Positions 26,745-41,585 are shown, counted from the first letter of the stretch. The stretch is DNA of 64,000 bases from Octopus sinensis (GCF_006345805.1 NC_043006.1:90024001-90088000), one strand, 5' to 3'. Made by a program: numbers and translations. The notes: a model not told the origin generated them from the sequence alone.

Positions 26745-26971
26745 TTAACCATTTGCCATTTAAACTGTCCATATTGGGCTCAAATCTTCTACTTGCTTTA
26801 TGTTCCAAATGTCCACATCTGGCCTCTCACACCTAGCTTACAATGTCATTCTCAAAATATACAATCACATCAGCAAAATTTCAAAGCTATGAAATAATAC
26901 ATAATTAATTGAAAACGATGTGAATAAATAAATATTTAATTAGACATTAATTTGAATGCTAAAAAGGTTAA
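26745..26971. mobile_element. piggyBac-type MITE with TTAA target duplication
   Basis: TTAA|CCATTTGCCATTTA ... TGAATGCTAAAAAGG|TTAA (TTAA at 26745-26748 and 26968-26971); imperfect TIRs. Confidence 0.65.
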
Positions 26972-29450
26972 AAACAGCCAAACATCTTGGATTTCCAGAT
27001 GTTTTCTGATAACATTCTGCCGATGAAACAACTTCTATATGATCATTTGACTTGATAGAAACAGCAGCCAAATTTCTCTCAAATCATACATGTATTACAT
27101 AAATGTTGCACTAAAGTGTGTTTCAATAAAGGTGACCATGGGTTAAATGATAATAACAGCAAGATATGGGTGGTGATCTGGTAGTACCATTAGAGCAGTA
27201 GTATTGGTTCCAACTCTCTGCAAGCCAGGTTCAAACCCTGCTGAGGTCATCTTCACTTTTCGTCCTTTGAAGGTGAATAAAACATCAATCTGGAGGCGTT
27301 GAATTCGTAGATGTGTAAAACCATCAACCAGAATACCTTTCAATATTTCTTGGATTCTGGGTTCAAATTCTGCACAGTCAACTTGGATGGATGTCTTTGA
27401 CAGATTCCACTCTGCTGCAAGCATTTAGGCCAGGAATCTGGTTTTGATGATACTTCCTTTCTCCTCCTTCCCCCCTCTCCATTCCTCTCTCATTAGTCTT
27501 GGAGGCCTTGTTAATTGTCACAGGCACTACCCTTATCATCATCATTGTTTAACATCCATTTTTCCATACCAGCATGGGCAAGATGGAATTGGCAGGGACA
27601 GATTTTCTAAGACTGGCAAAATGATTGCTACAGCAGGTAAATGTTCCAACTCACCAAAATCTTCTGTGAACTTGTAATGTTGGGATTGTGCCACAACATA
27701 ATAACATGTAGAACTGCTGATGCATGTGTATCCTTCACTGATCTTTTGTAAGACAAGTGGGGCTGGTCATTTATATTCCTGCCAAGTATTTGTAATTTTG
27801 AGTGAATTTAGCTCGGATACATAATTGGTTTTGATAACAGATAAAATTTCAGAGTAACAAGAATTCCCAAGGAGATGGAGGAATGGTAAAAACAGAACTA
27901 GGAGATAATGTCAAGGATTGAGATATGGAGAAAAGATATATACCATTTAAAATGAGAGCGCCAAAATGCGAAATATGTGATGAGAAGCAAGAATATTGTC
28001 TTGGAGCCAGTTAGTGTGTTTGCAGCGTTCTTATTGAATAGCTAAGGTCCCAGGGGTAAACACTTGATATATCCAATGCCAAGAAACTTAGAAAATGGTA
28101 AATCATTCTTTTTAATTATTACAAACAAACCATCCTGTGAAAGGCCTTCATAAATTTCTACACAATCTATTTTGGCTAGGATCCCATCCAATGATGTTAT
28201 CTTCATTAATACTAACAGGTGCACAAAATGAAACAGTTTTCTGACAATGGGGAAATTTAAAGAATCTCTTATATTTGCACACACAGTTACATATAAACTC
28301 TCTCTCTCTCTTTCTCTCTCACTCACACACACACACACAATGAGACACATGCATTAAATACAATAATGTTTGGTTTTATGCTGTTTTTCTGTTCTCCTCA
28401 ATTATTCCAATGCTTATGGTCAAATGTATCGTTGACACAGTTGTGATCTTTCCCTTGGCTCAAGTATATCATTCTGTTCAAAATGTAATTTAGTTTCTAA
28501 TGGTTAAGGAGATCCAGAATCAAAGAAGAACTGTGGAGGTCGGGTGGCAGGATGGGGGGATTAATCCATGGAAGTTCCCAGAATGCAAAAACAAAATACA
28601 GTGAGTTGATTTGATGCAATGAATATTTTTTTTTTCTTTTTCATTGGTGAAAGGCAGTAGAGAAGCGTGACCACCACAACAGTAAAATTCTGAATGAGAA
28701 ATGAAAGAAGCAAAGGAGTAACAAAGAGGGAGAACAAGTGTGAAGAGTGAGGGAGGAGGTGTGAGTAATGTGTGTGTGTGGGGGGGGTGATTAGTAAAAC
28801 AGCTGCCCAAGATCTTGAATACATGAATGATTCCAACACTTTTATCCAGTGAGCTATTTCACTTATCACAAGAAAAAAAAAACCTTAAAAAAAGAGAAGG
28901 AAAAAAAAACCCCAATGATTTCACTTTATTTACCAAATTCTCTTCAAATATCATGCACAAGTAGATTATTCTCCAGCAACATTTTGTTAATGCAGCATTA
29001 AAGCCAAAATGAATTTAGCAAGTCTTTAAATTAAAACTTTTGACACAAATAAATAAAACAAGTCTTGTCTGTGGAGAATTCTTCAAAGTTGTTCTTCTTT
29101 CACTGACTTCCAACCAAAGTTAATGAGTTTTTATGGTCGACAAAAACAATATGCAAATAACTTGGCTGCTGTAATTAACTATATTTTTTTTCTTTTATTT
29201 TGTATCTTTTTTTTTTTTCATTTTGTGTATGCTTTTTGTTTCCAGTCTACCTAACGAACAAATACAGGCTATTTGGTAATCACCACACTGGTTCTGTGAT
29301 AATAGCAAAATTGCAGGAAGCAAAGTTCAACAAAGATTTTTGAGTAAGACATTCTTGTTTCAATCATTTGATTGCAGCCTCAAAGAAATGGAATTTATAT
29401 TCAAGAAGCGAAAGTTACATGCAAAGGAAAACAGAAAACATATCTTGAAT

Positions 29451-29482
<32 letters not shown>

Positions 29483-29489
29483 GATGTCA

Positions 29490-30410
29490 CACAGTATACA
29501 ATATCATGAGGTTGTTGATTGACCTCAGGCAGACAGTACTTTATGCAATATGTATGCAGTTCCAAGTAATGCTGGGTTTTGTAATACACCTAGGTTGTAG
29601 GACATTTCTAAAGTTTTCAGATGTTTTTTTCAGATTGGGTGATATTGAACCCAATACTCTGATGACAATAGAAACAACCTTTATGTTTGACTCTTATGGC
29701 TGCCACATCTTAGCAATCTCAATTCTCAGGCCTCTATATTTATCAATCTTTTCTCTTTCTTTCATAATGATATGTTGGTCTCCTGGCACTACCACGTCAA
29801 TTAAGAGGCACTCTTGTTTGTCCATCCTAAAGGTTGCTATATCCAGCTTTCAGCACTCTAATATCTTGTCTGTCTGGAAGTCAAAGTCCCAGTGGATTTT
29901 TGCCTTCCCCTTTTCATCCATTACCTTTTCCGGTGTGTGTTGGTACCAAGCACCCGTAACCTCATATCCATACTTACGGCATAGTAGCCATTAGAGGTTT
30001 TGGGGCTACCTTGTTGTGTCTACACTTGTACTCTTTCTGTGCAAGACTTTCACAAGCACTAACAATGTGAGTCATGCATTCCCACACATTCTGCACTCGT
30101 GTGGTATATTCTCTTTTTCACTGAGTTGATATTCAATGCCTGGTCCTGGGCAGCGATGATTAGGTTTTCAGTATTCTTTTTTAGTCATCCTTGTTAAGCC
30201 ACCTCCATGATGCTTCCTAGTCTTTTAATTTGTTGGTTTCATGGTAGAACGGACCATGTAATTCCATGCAGGGTAGGGTTTCTTCCCTCTCATTGATTGT
30301 TCTTGATCGGAATTCATGAGCACACTCAAGTCCATATTTGGTAAATCCTTCTGCATTAGCAGCATACTGTAGCAGGTCTTATTTGCTGTTTACCAAATAT
30401 TCACCCGTCT
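29490..30410 (-). mobile_element. R4/Dong-like LINE C-terminal fragment (CCHC plus REL region)
   Basis: The minus strand gives KYRGLRIEIAKMWQP..KVVSIVIRVLGSI and ITWNCIH (the QKI.LLGTA..LR region), followed by an (AAT)n tail at 29455-29480. Confidence 0.7.
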
Positions 30411-30575
30411 TTACATTTAGTGTTCAAATTCCGCTGTGGTCAGTTTTGCCTTTCATCCTTTCAGAGTCAATAAAATAAAAAACCGGTTGAGCCCTGGGAT
30501 CAATCTAATTGACTTAGCCCCTTCCTAGAAATTTCTGGCCTTGTGCCTTTAGAAGAAAGGATAATAATAATAATA

Positions 30576-30616
<41 letters not shown>

Positions 30617-30839
30617 TAATGTTTATATGACGGCGATCAGTTGGCAGAATCATCAGTAGGATGCTTCGTGGTATTTTGTCCATCTGAGTTCAAATTCTGC
30701 TGTGGTTGACTTTCATCCTTTCAGGGTTGATAAAATAAGTACCAGTCATGTACTGGAGTCAATGTAGTTACTTATCCCCCCACCCCTGAAATTGTTGGCC
30801 TTGTACCAACATTTTGGAACCATAATACTATTATTATAG

Positions 30840-31340
30840 AGTGAGAGAGCAGTGCATGCCACCAAAGTGACACCGAGACACAAACATAGAAAACCAAATA
30901 TACCCATCATGTCTACCCGTCTGATAAGAGTATACCAGGCACATGCATCACAACCATATGTGTGTGACATGGTGATCTCATATCAATGTAAACAGTGCAT
31001 GACCTTGCAGGTTAGAATTTTCTTCAGGTCGAAAGGTTCCAGAATGGGGGTTGTTTAAAGATGTCAAATGAAACAGCTATGTTTCCAGTGGAGAATTATT
31101 CAAACCCCAAACAGTTCCTCTCAACACTGGCTATAATGATCCTCCACTACTTCTGCTCATGATCAGAGATGCACATATCGTCAGTCACTAAGGGACATAC
31201 TCAACTGGTGAAGGTCAAGCAACTGACGATCAAATCTGTGGTATTGAGTAGAATATTTGCTGTAGCCCATCTTTTATACCAAGACAAAACAATGTACATG
31301 ATAACACTTCCAATCGGTTAAGATCAGAAGCCATGATAGC
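30840..31340. repeat. Unclassified interspersed repeat
   Basis: GC-richer block bounded by SINE pieces. Recognised as a recurrent octopus repeat, but there is no second copy in the window. Confidence 0.35.
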
Positions 31341-34300
31341 CAGAGCTTGGCATTGCATCAGAGCAAGAGTAGAAGACACTTGCCCAAAGTGTCAGGCAGT
31401 GAGACCGAACCCAGCACCAAGTGGCTGCAAAGTGAGCTTGTTTTATTCATTTAATTGGCCACAAGGGCCTTACAAAGAAAGGAAGCTGCGGGCTGGACAT
31501 GCACATAATGATATGAATGACAAATGAAATGGTGAAAAATGAGGGCAACAAGTAACGCCTGCCGATTGCTGTTTACTCAAAGACATTGTTCTTTTTAAGT
31601 TTCATAATCAAGGCAATAAACCTCTTACACAGTTAAAAAAAAACATTTATGAGGCAATAAACCTCTTACATTTTTACAATACAAAAACCATTTATGAGGC
31701 AAAGTGAGCTTGTTAACCACACCACCATGCATGTGGAATGTGAGCATTCTTTACTGAAGACTGTAAAGTGTAGCTTGAGAGAATTTGGTTGTTATTTCCA
31801 GCAGGAAGGACAATTGCATAGATCTCCTGAATTGCCCTTTAGTTTAATCAGGTGGAAGGGTCAGAATCTAGAAACTGTAGGCCCTTTGAGACTGGAGAGA
31901 CTGGAGTTGACATCTACAAAACAAAGGGAATACCAGAGGGGTGACGTTTTGGAAGGGACAAGTGTAGGTGGTGTGGGGAGGGGAAGTACAACGCAATGTG
32001 AGCAATGAGATAGAGAGAGAGGGAGAGAGAAAGAGAGAGAGAGACATGATGTGTGTTGGTTGGGCTTCAATGGAGATGGTACGCAGCTAACTAGTTCAGA
32101 GGAGTAGCAGTTGAGTCGATAGGGAAGAATACATGAGAGAGATGTGATGTCTTGATATGAAACATTTTAGCAAAACATCAGTGATGGCTATAATTTCTGT
32201 TGAAATAACCTGAACAAAACAACGTATTGGTGAATAAGTTTTTGCCAATCAAGCAGACATCATTTCTGTGGACGTGCTTTATAACATTTGCATAAACAGA
32301 AAAAGCCATAAATGTGGGAGGAGCATTCTGTAATACACTTTCCACCCCAACCCCCACAACCAACTCCATGTCTGATCTCACATCATTAACATAGAAAGTG
32401 CTGCATCATAAACACTGGCTCTTCTTTTCAGGTTAAACACCTACAGAGATGTTCCCTTGTTTTGGGGATGGAGGGGGAAGCTGAGCTCAGAAATTCTTGA
32501 ATCAGACCTGATGAAAAACATTACTGGTATCAAATGCAGCAATAATGATTTTGCCAAAAGTCTCAAGAATGAGGAGTTGATGGTGAGTACTGAAGGTGAG
32601 AGAGCAGATCACCAGCTAGTATGGAATCTCCAGAAACTCTACTGACGGTCACTAAAGAAGGAAAGAGATATTCAAGATGCTGGAGGAGAAAAATTTTAAC
32701 AACTGTTTTCCATCACACTGTGGATATTGGAAGATAGATATTGGCAGCATCAGAGAGGTTGCTTTCCTTTGCTAAAAGAACCCAATGCAGTTTGCTTCCA
32801 GAGATTAGTGGGGAACCAACCCCACAGTTTTTTCAACCACCTTTTCTCATTTTTTAAATTTTTACTTTTCTTTGCTTTCTTTTGAAGAAGGACTTGTGTC
32901 TGGAATCTCAAGACTCTTTCCCTTCTTTTAAAGCGTTAAACCAATATAACATTTGTTAAAACTTGTCCCCCTTCCCATATTGTCTTCTTTTTGTGCTATT
33001 TACCTTCTTAATATGTGTCTGTGTGAAAAGAGAGAAAGATATATAGACAGAGGGACATAGCTGTTGGAGAGGTTTAGCTGTGGGTCACAACAGCAGAAGA
33101 AATTGTCATAGCCATTGACCTCAATGGCTTGAAGCAATGTGAGATGTTTCTGAACTTGGCTTGATGCGTAGAAGGTGATGAGGATGGCAGAGTCTCTTGG
33201 AGTAGTTTTGTTAAGTGTTTGGATTATAGAGATGGAAGCAAAGTGGGCAGCAAACTGCGTAAACTTTCAACTTCAACAAAGACACCTCATAATATGAATG
33301 ACTGACTTGTGTAAATTCCAAGTCAAACAGACGGATTCAGGTTGTGTTATGAACACATAGCATCTTATATAAGCATACTGTGGTATTTATAGATACATTT
33401 TACACATTCACCATAAGAATGAATATATAGCATTAGAAAATAATAATAATAATAATAAAGTGAAGCTAACCGTGTATATGTTTTTAATAGCTACAATAAA
33501 CAGTTGCCACATTGTGACTATTTTAGTCCCAACACACAACCATTTGTCAAACAAAATGCAATAAAATGAAATATATATTTGATTTTAATTCTACAGAATT
33601 GGGTGTCATATACATACATGCACACACGCTCATACATATTTCTCTCTCTCAGGTGTGGTTGTGAGATCAAGTAGTGTGTTTTCCAACCACATGTTTTCAG
33701 GTTCAGTCCCACTGCATGGCACCTTGGACAAATGTCTTCTACTGTAACCTTGGGCCAACCCCAGCCTTATGAGAGGATTTGGTAGCCGGAAACTGAAAGA
33801 AGTCTGTTTTATGTATACAAATGTATATATATGTATATGAGTGTGTATATGTGAGTGTTCGTGCCTCCTTGTTTTCACTTCACAAAATTGTTGTAAATGA
33901 ATGTTACTCATTTTCAATCTCCTGCAAAAACATACCTGGTCAGTGAGAAATATTACCTTACCTGGAAACAGGTAAGGATTGGTGACAGAAAGGGCAACCC
34001 CTTCAGAAAATCTGTCACAATAAACTTCATAAACTTCATCCAACCTTACAAGCATGGAATAGTGAACATTAACATGATAATTATGATGATGGTGATGATA
34101 TGTACACATAAAGAGATGTATATACACACATTCACACATATAATTCTGTATTGGAATGGTTTAACTGAAAGCATATAAAGCTGTAAATAACAGTGTGTAG
34201 ATATTGAAGCAGCAGAGATTGATGCTGCAGAGTCACAAGGATATTGACAAAAATATCAGACTGGAAAAAACTTAAATATATAAAGCAAAGGTTGGAGATG

Positions 34301-34797
34301 CATTTGTGGATCTTTGATGAGATGGTGTGTCACTGTGATCTTCTACTTCATCATGATGATGATCATCATCATGATCGTTTAACATCTGGTTTCCATGCTG
34401 GCATGGATTGGACGGTTTGACTGAGGACTGGCAAGACAGGAGGCTGCACCAGGCTTCAATCTGATCTGGTAATGTTTCTACAGCTGGATACACTCCAAGA
34501 GTGTAATGGATGCTTTTCACATACCACTGGCATGGGGAGCCAGTCTGGCAGAAGTGGCATTGACCATGCTTGAATGGTGCTTCATGCTATCAAAATGAAT
34601 ATACCTCACCTTCTGCCGTGATTGCTCTACCTTTTCAGCAATAAACAGTGTGATCCTGATAACATAACTGCATCTGTTTATCAACTGAAAATGGATGAAC
34701 AACAAATCTGACTTCGGGGTTATTTGAATTGTAAAGAGCCTGAAGCATTTTTGTGCGGCTCCGAAGATTCTGCCAATGTACCACCTTCATCATCAGC

Positions 34798-34830
<33 letters not shown>

Positions 34831-36181
34831 GTTTCAAATTTTTGGCACAAGGCCAGAAATTTCTTGGGAATGTGGTATTTATTTTATTGATCCCGAAAGG
34901 ATAAAAAGCAAAGTCAACTTCATTGGAATTTGAACTCAGAACATAAAGATGGTCAAAATGCCACGAAACATTTTGCCTGGCTGCCTTGATGAAGATGATG
35001 ACGATGTTAGTTATTTTGTTCTCAATTCATCTGATTCCTGATAAATTTCAAAATTAATTGAAAGGCATAATTTGTTCCTTAAAAAACAATGTCTATTAGG
35101 CAGTCTTATACCTCGACATAAACAGTGTTTCAATCATTAGACTGTGGCCATGCTGGAGCACTGTCCTGAAGAATTTGTCAGGAGAATGAATCAATCCCAG
35201 GACTTATTTATGTTTTTATTTCTATCAGTCTCTTTTGTCACACCTCTAAGTTACAGAGATGTAAACAAACCAACACCAGCCATCAAGTGGTGGTGGGGGA
35301 CAAACACAGATACACACACATATACACATGTATATATATACACACACAGCCCACACACACATACACATGATGGGCTTCTTTCAGTTTCCATCTACCAAAT
35401 CCACTCAGAGGACTTTAGTCAGCTCAAGGCTATAGTAGAAGACACTTGCCTAAAGTGATATTCAGTGGGACTGAACTTAGGATTGTGTGGTTGGGAAGCG
35501 AACTTCTTACTTCACAGCCATACCTTGTACAGACAAATGTAATCTTATTCTTAGACCAAGTCTATTTACTTAGAAATATTCCAAAAGGGTTAAATGACAA
35601 ATCCTATTTCCTTAAACATTATCACACCATCAGGATGTCTTTTTTTTTTTTGCTAAGACACATTATAAAGCAAACTTTTATAATCAGTAAGGTGTTATCG
35701 TTAATCTAATTTTCTATTATTCAAGCAAAACTTTCAACAACATACATCATCTAAATTGCTGCTATTTTCATATTCCTCATTTCTCTCTCCCTATTTTTTT
35801 CGATTTCTTCATCTTCAGCAATTTCAAAACAGATAACAAAATTTCATTAAGCAAATTCATATGTAAAGTCGAAAGAGATAAGAAATTCCTCACTTGCAAC
35901 GACTTTCTAACAAAAACACAAAAAGAAAAGAAGAAAGATTTGGATATGAAAGGATTTCTTTTGACCAAAGACAAAGTAAATTTTAACAGGGTAGGAATAT
36001 AGAGAATTTAATCCTCATATATAACTGGTATTCATATTACTTTAAGAGGATAAAAGATATAAACCAATTCCAACAATGTTTAAAAGGGTCAAATAATAAT
36101 ACAAAAATACAGCAACCACTTAGATTAATCGCAATATTTATAGCAGGCATGGATATGAATATATATATACATGTGTATGTT

Positions 36182-36236
<55 letters not shown>

Positions 36237-36554
36237 TGGTAAAAACGGTAAGATAACAAAAGAAAGAAAGAGTAAATAGAGAGAGAGTGAGAGAGAGAGA
36301 GAGAGAGAGTAACAGACAGACAGAGAGGGTGTACAGTAGTAGAAATAGGAACCTAAAGGTGTGAACTTTGACTTTTACTTATGTCCTGGTTGGTAAATAA
36401 GGGAGGAGTGACACCTAGTGGTGTCTGTTTACTTGATGATATCCTCCTCCAAAACCGTTTACCTCATGCTCATGTTTAAAAAACATCAGTATTTAATATG
36501 TATAATATATTAATAATATATTTTAATATCTGGGTGAATATATATATATATATG

Positions 36555-36745
36555 GCACTCTGTCGGTTACGACGACGAGGGTTCCAGTTGACCCAATCAA
36601 CAGAACAGTCTGCTCATGAAATGAATGTGCAAGTGGCTGAGCACTCCACTGACACCCTTAATGTGGTTCTCAGGGAGATTCACCATGACACACACTGTGA
36701 CAAGGCTGGCCGTTTGAATTACAGGTACGAGTCATTTTTGTCAGC
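36555..36745. mobile_element. Interspersed SINE-like repeat family E
   Basis: ctgtcggttacgacgacgagggttccagttg...gtgcaagtggctgagcactcc. Related copies at 10990-11210, 58240-58420 (opposite orientation) and 63530-63570. Confidence 0.65.
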
Positions 36746-37112
36746 TGTTTTGAGTAAACAGATACCTCTGTTGTGATCTTTGTATTGAAGAAATCTTCCA
36801 AATTCTAAAATCTAAACACAAGCTTCTTAACTGTAAATGCAAATGTAGTTTAGCTATACACACACATATAAATTTGTATTTAAAAACTACAAAGAAGTAA
36901 AAATAAAATAAAATGTGAACTTGAATATAAATAGGATATTTTAATAGATATAAATATGTTTTATAAAGTACAATTATAATAAAATTTTGTATTGATTTAT
37001 ATGGAATAAAATAATGAGATAATTAATTATTACATATTATATAATAGTAATTGTTATAATAATGATGATGATAATAATAATAATAATAATAATAATAATA
37101 TTAATAATAATG

Positions 37113-37152
<40 letters not shown>

Positions 37153-37809
37153 CAACAATAATAATATTAATGATAATAATAAAAATAATAATATATTTTC
37201 ATGAATATTGACTTCATTATTTTATTTAATGATAGAAATGTATGCAACACATATTTTGATGACATGGAATGCAAATACTTTAACTGCAGTAAATTTGAAG
37301 TTTTCAGCACTGTAACATGATCAAACATATTAATGTACATACACACACAAAATATAAACAAACAATGATACACAGACGATGTTTTCTTTTTTTAAAATTA
37401 TTAATGTGCACATGCACAAATAAGTTTAACACGCACACACACAAATAAACAGAAACAAAAGACATAAATATGTAACGGTTTTTAAAAAAATATTAACATG
37501 CATGCACACGCATTATTGTCCTGTTGAGTGTGTCAACCATCACCTGTTCGTTTATAATGTGGTTTTCACAAGTGTCTAATTCTCACTATGAGGAAATACT
37601 TAACTTGCTATTTCAAGATGCAATTTTTAATTTTTAATTTGCTAATTTGTAACTGATTAAGTATGGAAACAAATTGTGGGCTACAGCAAATTTTGACAAT
37701 ATGTCAATAAATTGAATTTTATCAGTTAAAAAACACTCCATTTTCTCCTTATAGTATATACAGATATATATATATATCAATATATATATAAATGTATGTA
37801 TATACATAT

Positions 37810-37844
<35 letters not shown>

Positions 37845-38779
37845 CACACATATATATATACATACGTACATATATATATATATACACACACATATATATA
37901 CATATATATATATATATACATACATATATACATACATACACACACACACATATATATATATATACATTCACACACACACATATACATACATACATACATA
38001 CATACATACAAACATACATACGCGCACACAGGGTGATATACAAGAGCAGGTATAAATAATAGTCATTACATATATTTCTGTATGGAAAGAACATTTTGAG
38101 TTCTTTACTAATCTAAACAATGTTGTTAGTCTGGTGTACTAACAGAGAGCTTATGTTACGGTATTTTGCCCAGATTGATAATCCCTCACTAATAACTCTG
38201 CTTTATATAAATATAGAAAAGTACAAGATAAAGACCCCCTTCAGTCATGAATGACCATGAATGACCAGCTGAGTGAACTAGTGCAATGTGAAATAAAATG
38301 ACTTGCTGAAGAACACAACACACAACCTGGTCCAGGAAGTGAACTCACTACTTCATGGTTGTGAGCCCAATGCTTCATATATTCAGAGTTGGCTTTCAGA
38401 AAAGAAAAGAGGACTGAAAAACAATGCCAGAGATTAACCAAATATAATTTTAATTGAGCCAGTCTCTTGTTATTCTGCATTTCATATGTGGTTGCATGGG
38501 TTCTTCAGGCAAGTTGTGACTGAAGAAATGATGGAGAGAAAATATGATAAAGGGGAAGAAGAGGAGACAAAAAGAAGAAAAAAGAAGGAAAACAGTCTCA
38601 TTCATCATCATCATCATCATGGTTTAACGTCTGCTTTCCATGCTAGCATGGGTTACCAATTAATCATCTCTCTTATTCATCATCCCATATATTTTTTTAT
38701 ATTTATTCATATTTTTACTATATCTATTGGTCACTTTTATCATTACTGATAACCATTATTATTATTATTATTATTATTA

Positions 38780-38985
38780 AGGGAGCAAGTTGATAGAAAC
38801 ATTAGTGCACCAGGCGAAATGCTTAGCAGTATTTCATGTCCTTACGTTCTGGGTTCAAATTCCATTCATTCTTTCGGGGATCTATAAATTAAGTACCAGT
38901 TGTGTACTGGGGTTGATCTAATCGACTGGCCCCCCTCCCCCCAAATTTCAGGCCTTCTGCCTATAGTAGAAAGGGTTTATTATTA
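38780..38985 (+). mobile_element. tRNA-derived SINE family B (Nin-domain-like)
   Basis: gttcaaattcc B box, gcctttcatcct...ataaattaagtaccag core and (ATT)n tail. Other copies at about 13940-14165(-), 19640-19960, 23180-23340, 27140-27440(-), 30420-30840, 34810-34980(-) and 59281-59740. Confidence 0.8.
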
Positions 38986-40930
38986 CTATTATCCAATATC
39001 TTTCTATAATTATAACCCTAACCCTGCATTCCACTCATCTCTCATCACTCCTATTTTTATTTACTTATCTCATTTACTCAATCAAATACCTTTTCACCAT
39101 CCAACTACCATATTGAGTTTTTTTTGTTTTGAATTCCTGTTTTCCGGAGTTTTTTCTTGTCCTTTAATTCTTTCCTTTTGACTTTTACACTTTGTTTTAT
39201 TTTTACATTTCTTGATTTTGGAATCTTTAGTCTTACAATTATTCATTATGTTAACAATCTCAATATCTTTTCAATAACTTTTTCCAATATTTTTCTTTCC
39301 TTTTTCAAATCCTCACCAATATTCCCAATTTTTTCTACATTGTCTTCATTTTTTAAATCTATTTTTTTCCAAACGATTTTATCAATCACTATAATTGTCT
39401 CCAACTTGCATTTGAACTACTGCCCATTCCCTCTAAATCAGTACTCCTGTTGCTGAATTTTTTTCCTTTCCTCCCCCTATCCTTTGGAATTCTCATGTTT
39501 TTTTATATTTTTTTATGTCTTTTCCAAAATTCTTCAATATATATTTTTATATTTCTTTAATATTTTTTTTTTTGTGTCTTTACCAATATTCCCAATTTTA
39601 TTCCATCTGATTTTATTTCTCCCTCTTACTTCAACTACCAACAACTCACCTTCTAAATCAGCATCCCAGTTCCTAAAAATCCCTATTCATTTTAACTATT
39701 GTCTTTTTTTATATTTTATTTCATTAATTCATTTATTTATTCCTTTATCAATTTCTACCATTAAATGTCACTGGCACTAAAGTTCATTTATCTACAAATC
39801 TGCTATTTTTCTATTGAATCTTACCATTGACTTCTTTGACCATTCTTCTATATTCCTATATTCCCTCTTCCTATATTCCCATCTTCCAATATACCCTCCC
39901 TACCTAAACACACCCTTCATTTCCTCTTTTTGACTTTCAGTTATTTTCCTCTTCCTTTTTTCTTCACTTCATCACATTTTTTTCTCCCCAATACAACCTA
40001 TGAGAGGAATCCTGAACATAAATGTGCAAATTCCATCATTATTTTCGCTAATAACTTGGTTGAAGATGCTGTGCTTCCACAGGTGAAACACAGACTAGCA
40101 AGAGACAAACCCCATCAAAATTAAATACACACATACATGTCTGTCTGTCTATTGCTCTGTCCATCCATCCATCCATCCATCCATTCATCCATCCATCCAT
40201 CCAATTCTTTGTTTTTATCCCTTAGTTGTTCCAGTCAGTGAATTGTGGCCATGCTGGGGCACTATACTGAAGGGTTTGGGCAAACAAACTGACCCCAGTA
40301 TGTATTTTTTAAGACTGGTACTTGTTCTCTTGTTGTCTTTTGCTGAACTGCCAAGTCACATGGGTGTAAACAAACTAGCACCAGTTGTCAAGTGATGGTG
40401 GAGGAGAAACACTAAGAAACACACTCACAGATATATATATATATGTCACAGGCTTCTTTCAGTTTTCATCACAAAACTTTGGTCGGGTTGAGACTGTAGG
40501 ATAAGACACATTGCCACACAGTAGGACTGAACTCGGGACTATTTGGTTGGGAAGCAAAGCTTCTCAGTCATGCATCTACCTACATATATATCATCATCAT
40601 CATCATACAGGTTGACAAGGGCTGGCAAGGGAGATTACTGCTCCAGGCTTCACTGTTTTGGCAGGGTTTTCACAGTGAAATGCTTTTCCTAACTCTAACC
40701 ACCTTACAGAGGGGACTGAGAGCTTTTAACATGGTGCCACCAGTGGTGTGTATGTGTGTGTATGTTTATATATATATATATAGTAGGTATCAGTTAGAAG
40801 AATTTAATACCTCCAGGGGATAATTAAATCCAAAGGTGTTCCTGGTTATTACCTGAGTAGATACAGTCTTTTGTAAAGTTGTACAGCAGCAGGTAGTTCG
40901 GTTGGTAGACTGTAGTTTAGGTTATATATG

Positions 40931-41585
40931 AGAAGAAAATGGGTGTAAAAAGCAAGGGGAAACTCATTGTTTTCACTGGTATGCCTCTAATTTAATCAGA
41001 TAACAAAGAAGAAGGTAGCATTTATGATCGTTTCAATTTACTAGTTTTAGTAAATCTCTTCAGAATGCAAAAAATAGATTGATACATATGTGATGGTAAT
41101 AGAGGCAAAGTTAGTAAGTCATACATTAAATTTTGTTCTTGAGCTGGTAATTTCGCTGGGGAGAGGTTTCATTGTAGTAGATTGGTTAGCTTATTGTTCC
41201 GTTGGGCAATCAGAGCAGTTTTAAAAGTTTTTTGGTGTGGGATTCCAAGTTTGACTAAGCATATTTTTTCACATGTGTGTATTAAATTGGTTTAAATCTG
41301 CCCAACAGAACGATAAACTAACCAATCTACTGCAATGAAACCTCTCCCCAGTGAAATTACCAGCTCAAGAACAAAATTTAATGTAAGACCTACTGACTTT
41401 GCTTCCATTACCATCACATATGTATCAATTATTTTCACATCCTAACCGCTGTATCAATCTATTTTTCACAACTAGTAAATTGAAACGATTGTAAATGCTA
41501 CCTTCTTCTTTGTTATCTGATTAAATTAAAGGCACACCAGCAAAAATAACAAGTTTCCCCTTGTTATTTACTTCCATTTTCTTCT
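40931..41585. repeat. Long imperfect inverted repeat (fold-back, ~280-bp arms, ~90-nt loop)
   Basis: 40931-41208 pairs with 41299-41585, e.g. taatttaatcagataacaaagaagaaggtagcattt / aaatgctaccttcttctttgttatctgattaaatta. Confidence 0.88.

Noticed and set aside
26600-26970. Possible MULE transposase remnant (FADVIVYFEND...)
   Set aside because: The segment lies inside a TTAA-flanked non-coding MITE and has in-frame stops.
27655-27663. 9-nt microexon candidate AAGATTTTG with gtgagt donor
   Set aside because: Inclusion creates TGA at the junction with exon 23422-23458.
36766-36804. 39-nt minus-strand exon candidate NLEDFFNTKITTE
   Set aside because: Phase 0->0 does not fit between a phase-2 donor (46772) and a phase-2 acceptor (23458).
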